Of a DNA stretch of 15,214 nucleotides, positions 14,341-15,214 are shown piece after piece. The stretch covers positions 1-15,214 of the forward strand of contig CAZYCQ010000068.1 of NCBI GenBank assembly GCA_964645535.1. The letters run 5' to 3'. The stretch is from an uncultured archaeon. GTDB lineage: Archaea > Asgardarchaeota > Heimdallarchaeia > Heimdallarchaeales > Kariarchaeaceae. Positions within the stretch are counted from its first letter, which is position 1. The number at the start of each line of letters is the position of its first letter. A program made the position numbers and the translations under genes. Below the pieces are notes generated by a model. It was not told the origin of the DNA. It ran no database searches and saw nothing but the letters and a program-made list of their open reading frames with translations.

Positions 14341-15168
14341 ATGAGCAAAAGAAACCAGGTTGTACTTGTTACAGGTGCCTCCTCTGGCATCGGGAAGGCA
14401 ACCGCAAGAAAATTGCTTGCCGATGGACACATCGTTTATGGTGCCTCCCGAAGAATTGAACGCATGAAGGATATTGAGAACGAAGGCGTCAATATTCTCC
14501 GAATGGATGTCACGAATGATGAGGACAGGCAGTACTGCATTGATCACATCATCAAAGAAGAGGGTCGTATTGACGTTCTTGTCAACAATGCCGGTTTTGG
14601 ACTATATGGTGCTGTCGAAGATATCCCTCTTGATGATGCCAGATGGCAGTTTGAAGTCAATCTGTTTGGGTTGGCCGGACTTGTCCAACTCGTTCTTCCG
14701 TACATGCGAAATCAAAAATATGGCAAAATCATCAACATCTCATCCATTGGTGGCAAAATCTACACTCCTCTAGGGGCATGGTACCACGCTACAAAACATG
14801 CATTGGAAGGATGGTCTGACGCTCTGCGTCTTGAAGTCAGGCAATTTGGAGTTCATGTTGTCCTCATTGAGCCAGGTCTGATACGAACCGAATTTGCCGA
14901 CGTAATGACCGAACCCATGCAACGGTATTCTGGACATGGCCCTTACGCAGACTTTGTAAAAAAGGTCATAAACGCTCTTGGAAAATCCTATTCCGAAACC
15001 AATGGATCCCCTCCTACCATAATCGCTGACGTCATAGCAAAAGCTATACGCTCAAAGAAACCAAAAACAAGATACAGAAAAGGAAAAATGGCTGGAACAC
15101 TTCTTTTTCTAAGAAAATGGACATCTGACCGAATGTTTGACCGAATCGTCATGAGCCAAGTCAAATAG
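14341..15168 (+). CDS. Classical short-chain dehydrogenase/reductase (SDR), probably NADP(H)-dependent, 275 aa
   Basis: TGASSGIGK Rossmann motif, basic ASRR after beta-2, NNAG, catalytic Ser and YHATK, IEPG. The start is reassigned to ATG 14341. Confidence 0.95.
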   Translation: MSKRNQVVLVTGASSGIGKATARKLLADGHIVYGASRRIERMKDIENEGVNILRMDVTNDEDRQYCIDHIIKEEGRIDVLVNNAGFGLYGAVEDIPLDDARWQFEVNLFGLAGLVQLVLPYMRNQKYGKIINISSIGGKIYTPLGAWYHATKHALEGWSDALRLEVRQFGVHVVLIEPGLIRTEFADVMTEPMQRYSGHGPYADFVKKVINALGKSYSETNGSPPTIIADVIAKAIRSKKPKTRYRKGKMAGTLLFLRKWTSDRMFDRIVMSQVK

Positions 15169-15214
15169 ACCACATCAGTCACGTTGATTCATGCTCAATC
15201 TAGACCAGCTAGAA

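Noticed and set aside
1-15214. CRISPR arrays, tRNA/rRNA genes, IS elements, integrases and long tandem repeats
   Set aside because: None seen by eye. Intergenic gaps are at most about 185 nt with no repeat-spacer periodicity or cloverleaf, and there are no transposase or recombinase motifs. A covariance-model search was not possible.

Overview
Gene-dense window of an archaeal chromosome. TATA boxes sit about 20-30 nt before mostly leaderless start codons, GGAGG/GGTGA Shine-Dalgarno sites occur inside operons, and there is a TrmB regulator and a four-subunit 2-oxoacid:ferredoxin oxidoreductase. An Asgard (Heimdallarchaeia-like) origin is an inference, not something the sequence proves. From left to right: (1) a large secreted, sequon-rich metzincin-type zinc protease that runs off the left edge and is missing from the ORF track; (2) a delta-alpha-beta-gamma 2-oxoacid:ferredoxin oxidoreductase (Kor-like) operon; (3) an MFS transporter; (4) an uncharacterised ~7-TM protein, divergent from (5) a chemoreceptor (MCP) with no che genes nearby, a large unrecognised sensor domain and a short signalling hairpin; (6) an aspartate kinase whose conserved N-terminus can only be made from a non-canonical (probably ATA) start codon; (7) a GPH/MelB-type sugar symporter; (8) a small winged-HTH gene coupled to an unknown polytopic membrane protein; (9) a TrmB-family regulator; (10) a divergent SDR oxidoreductase. 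I saw no rRNA, tRNA, CRISPR array or mobile element.
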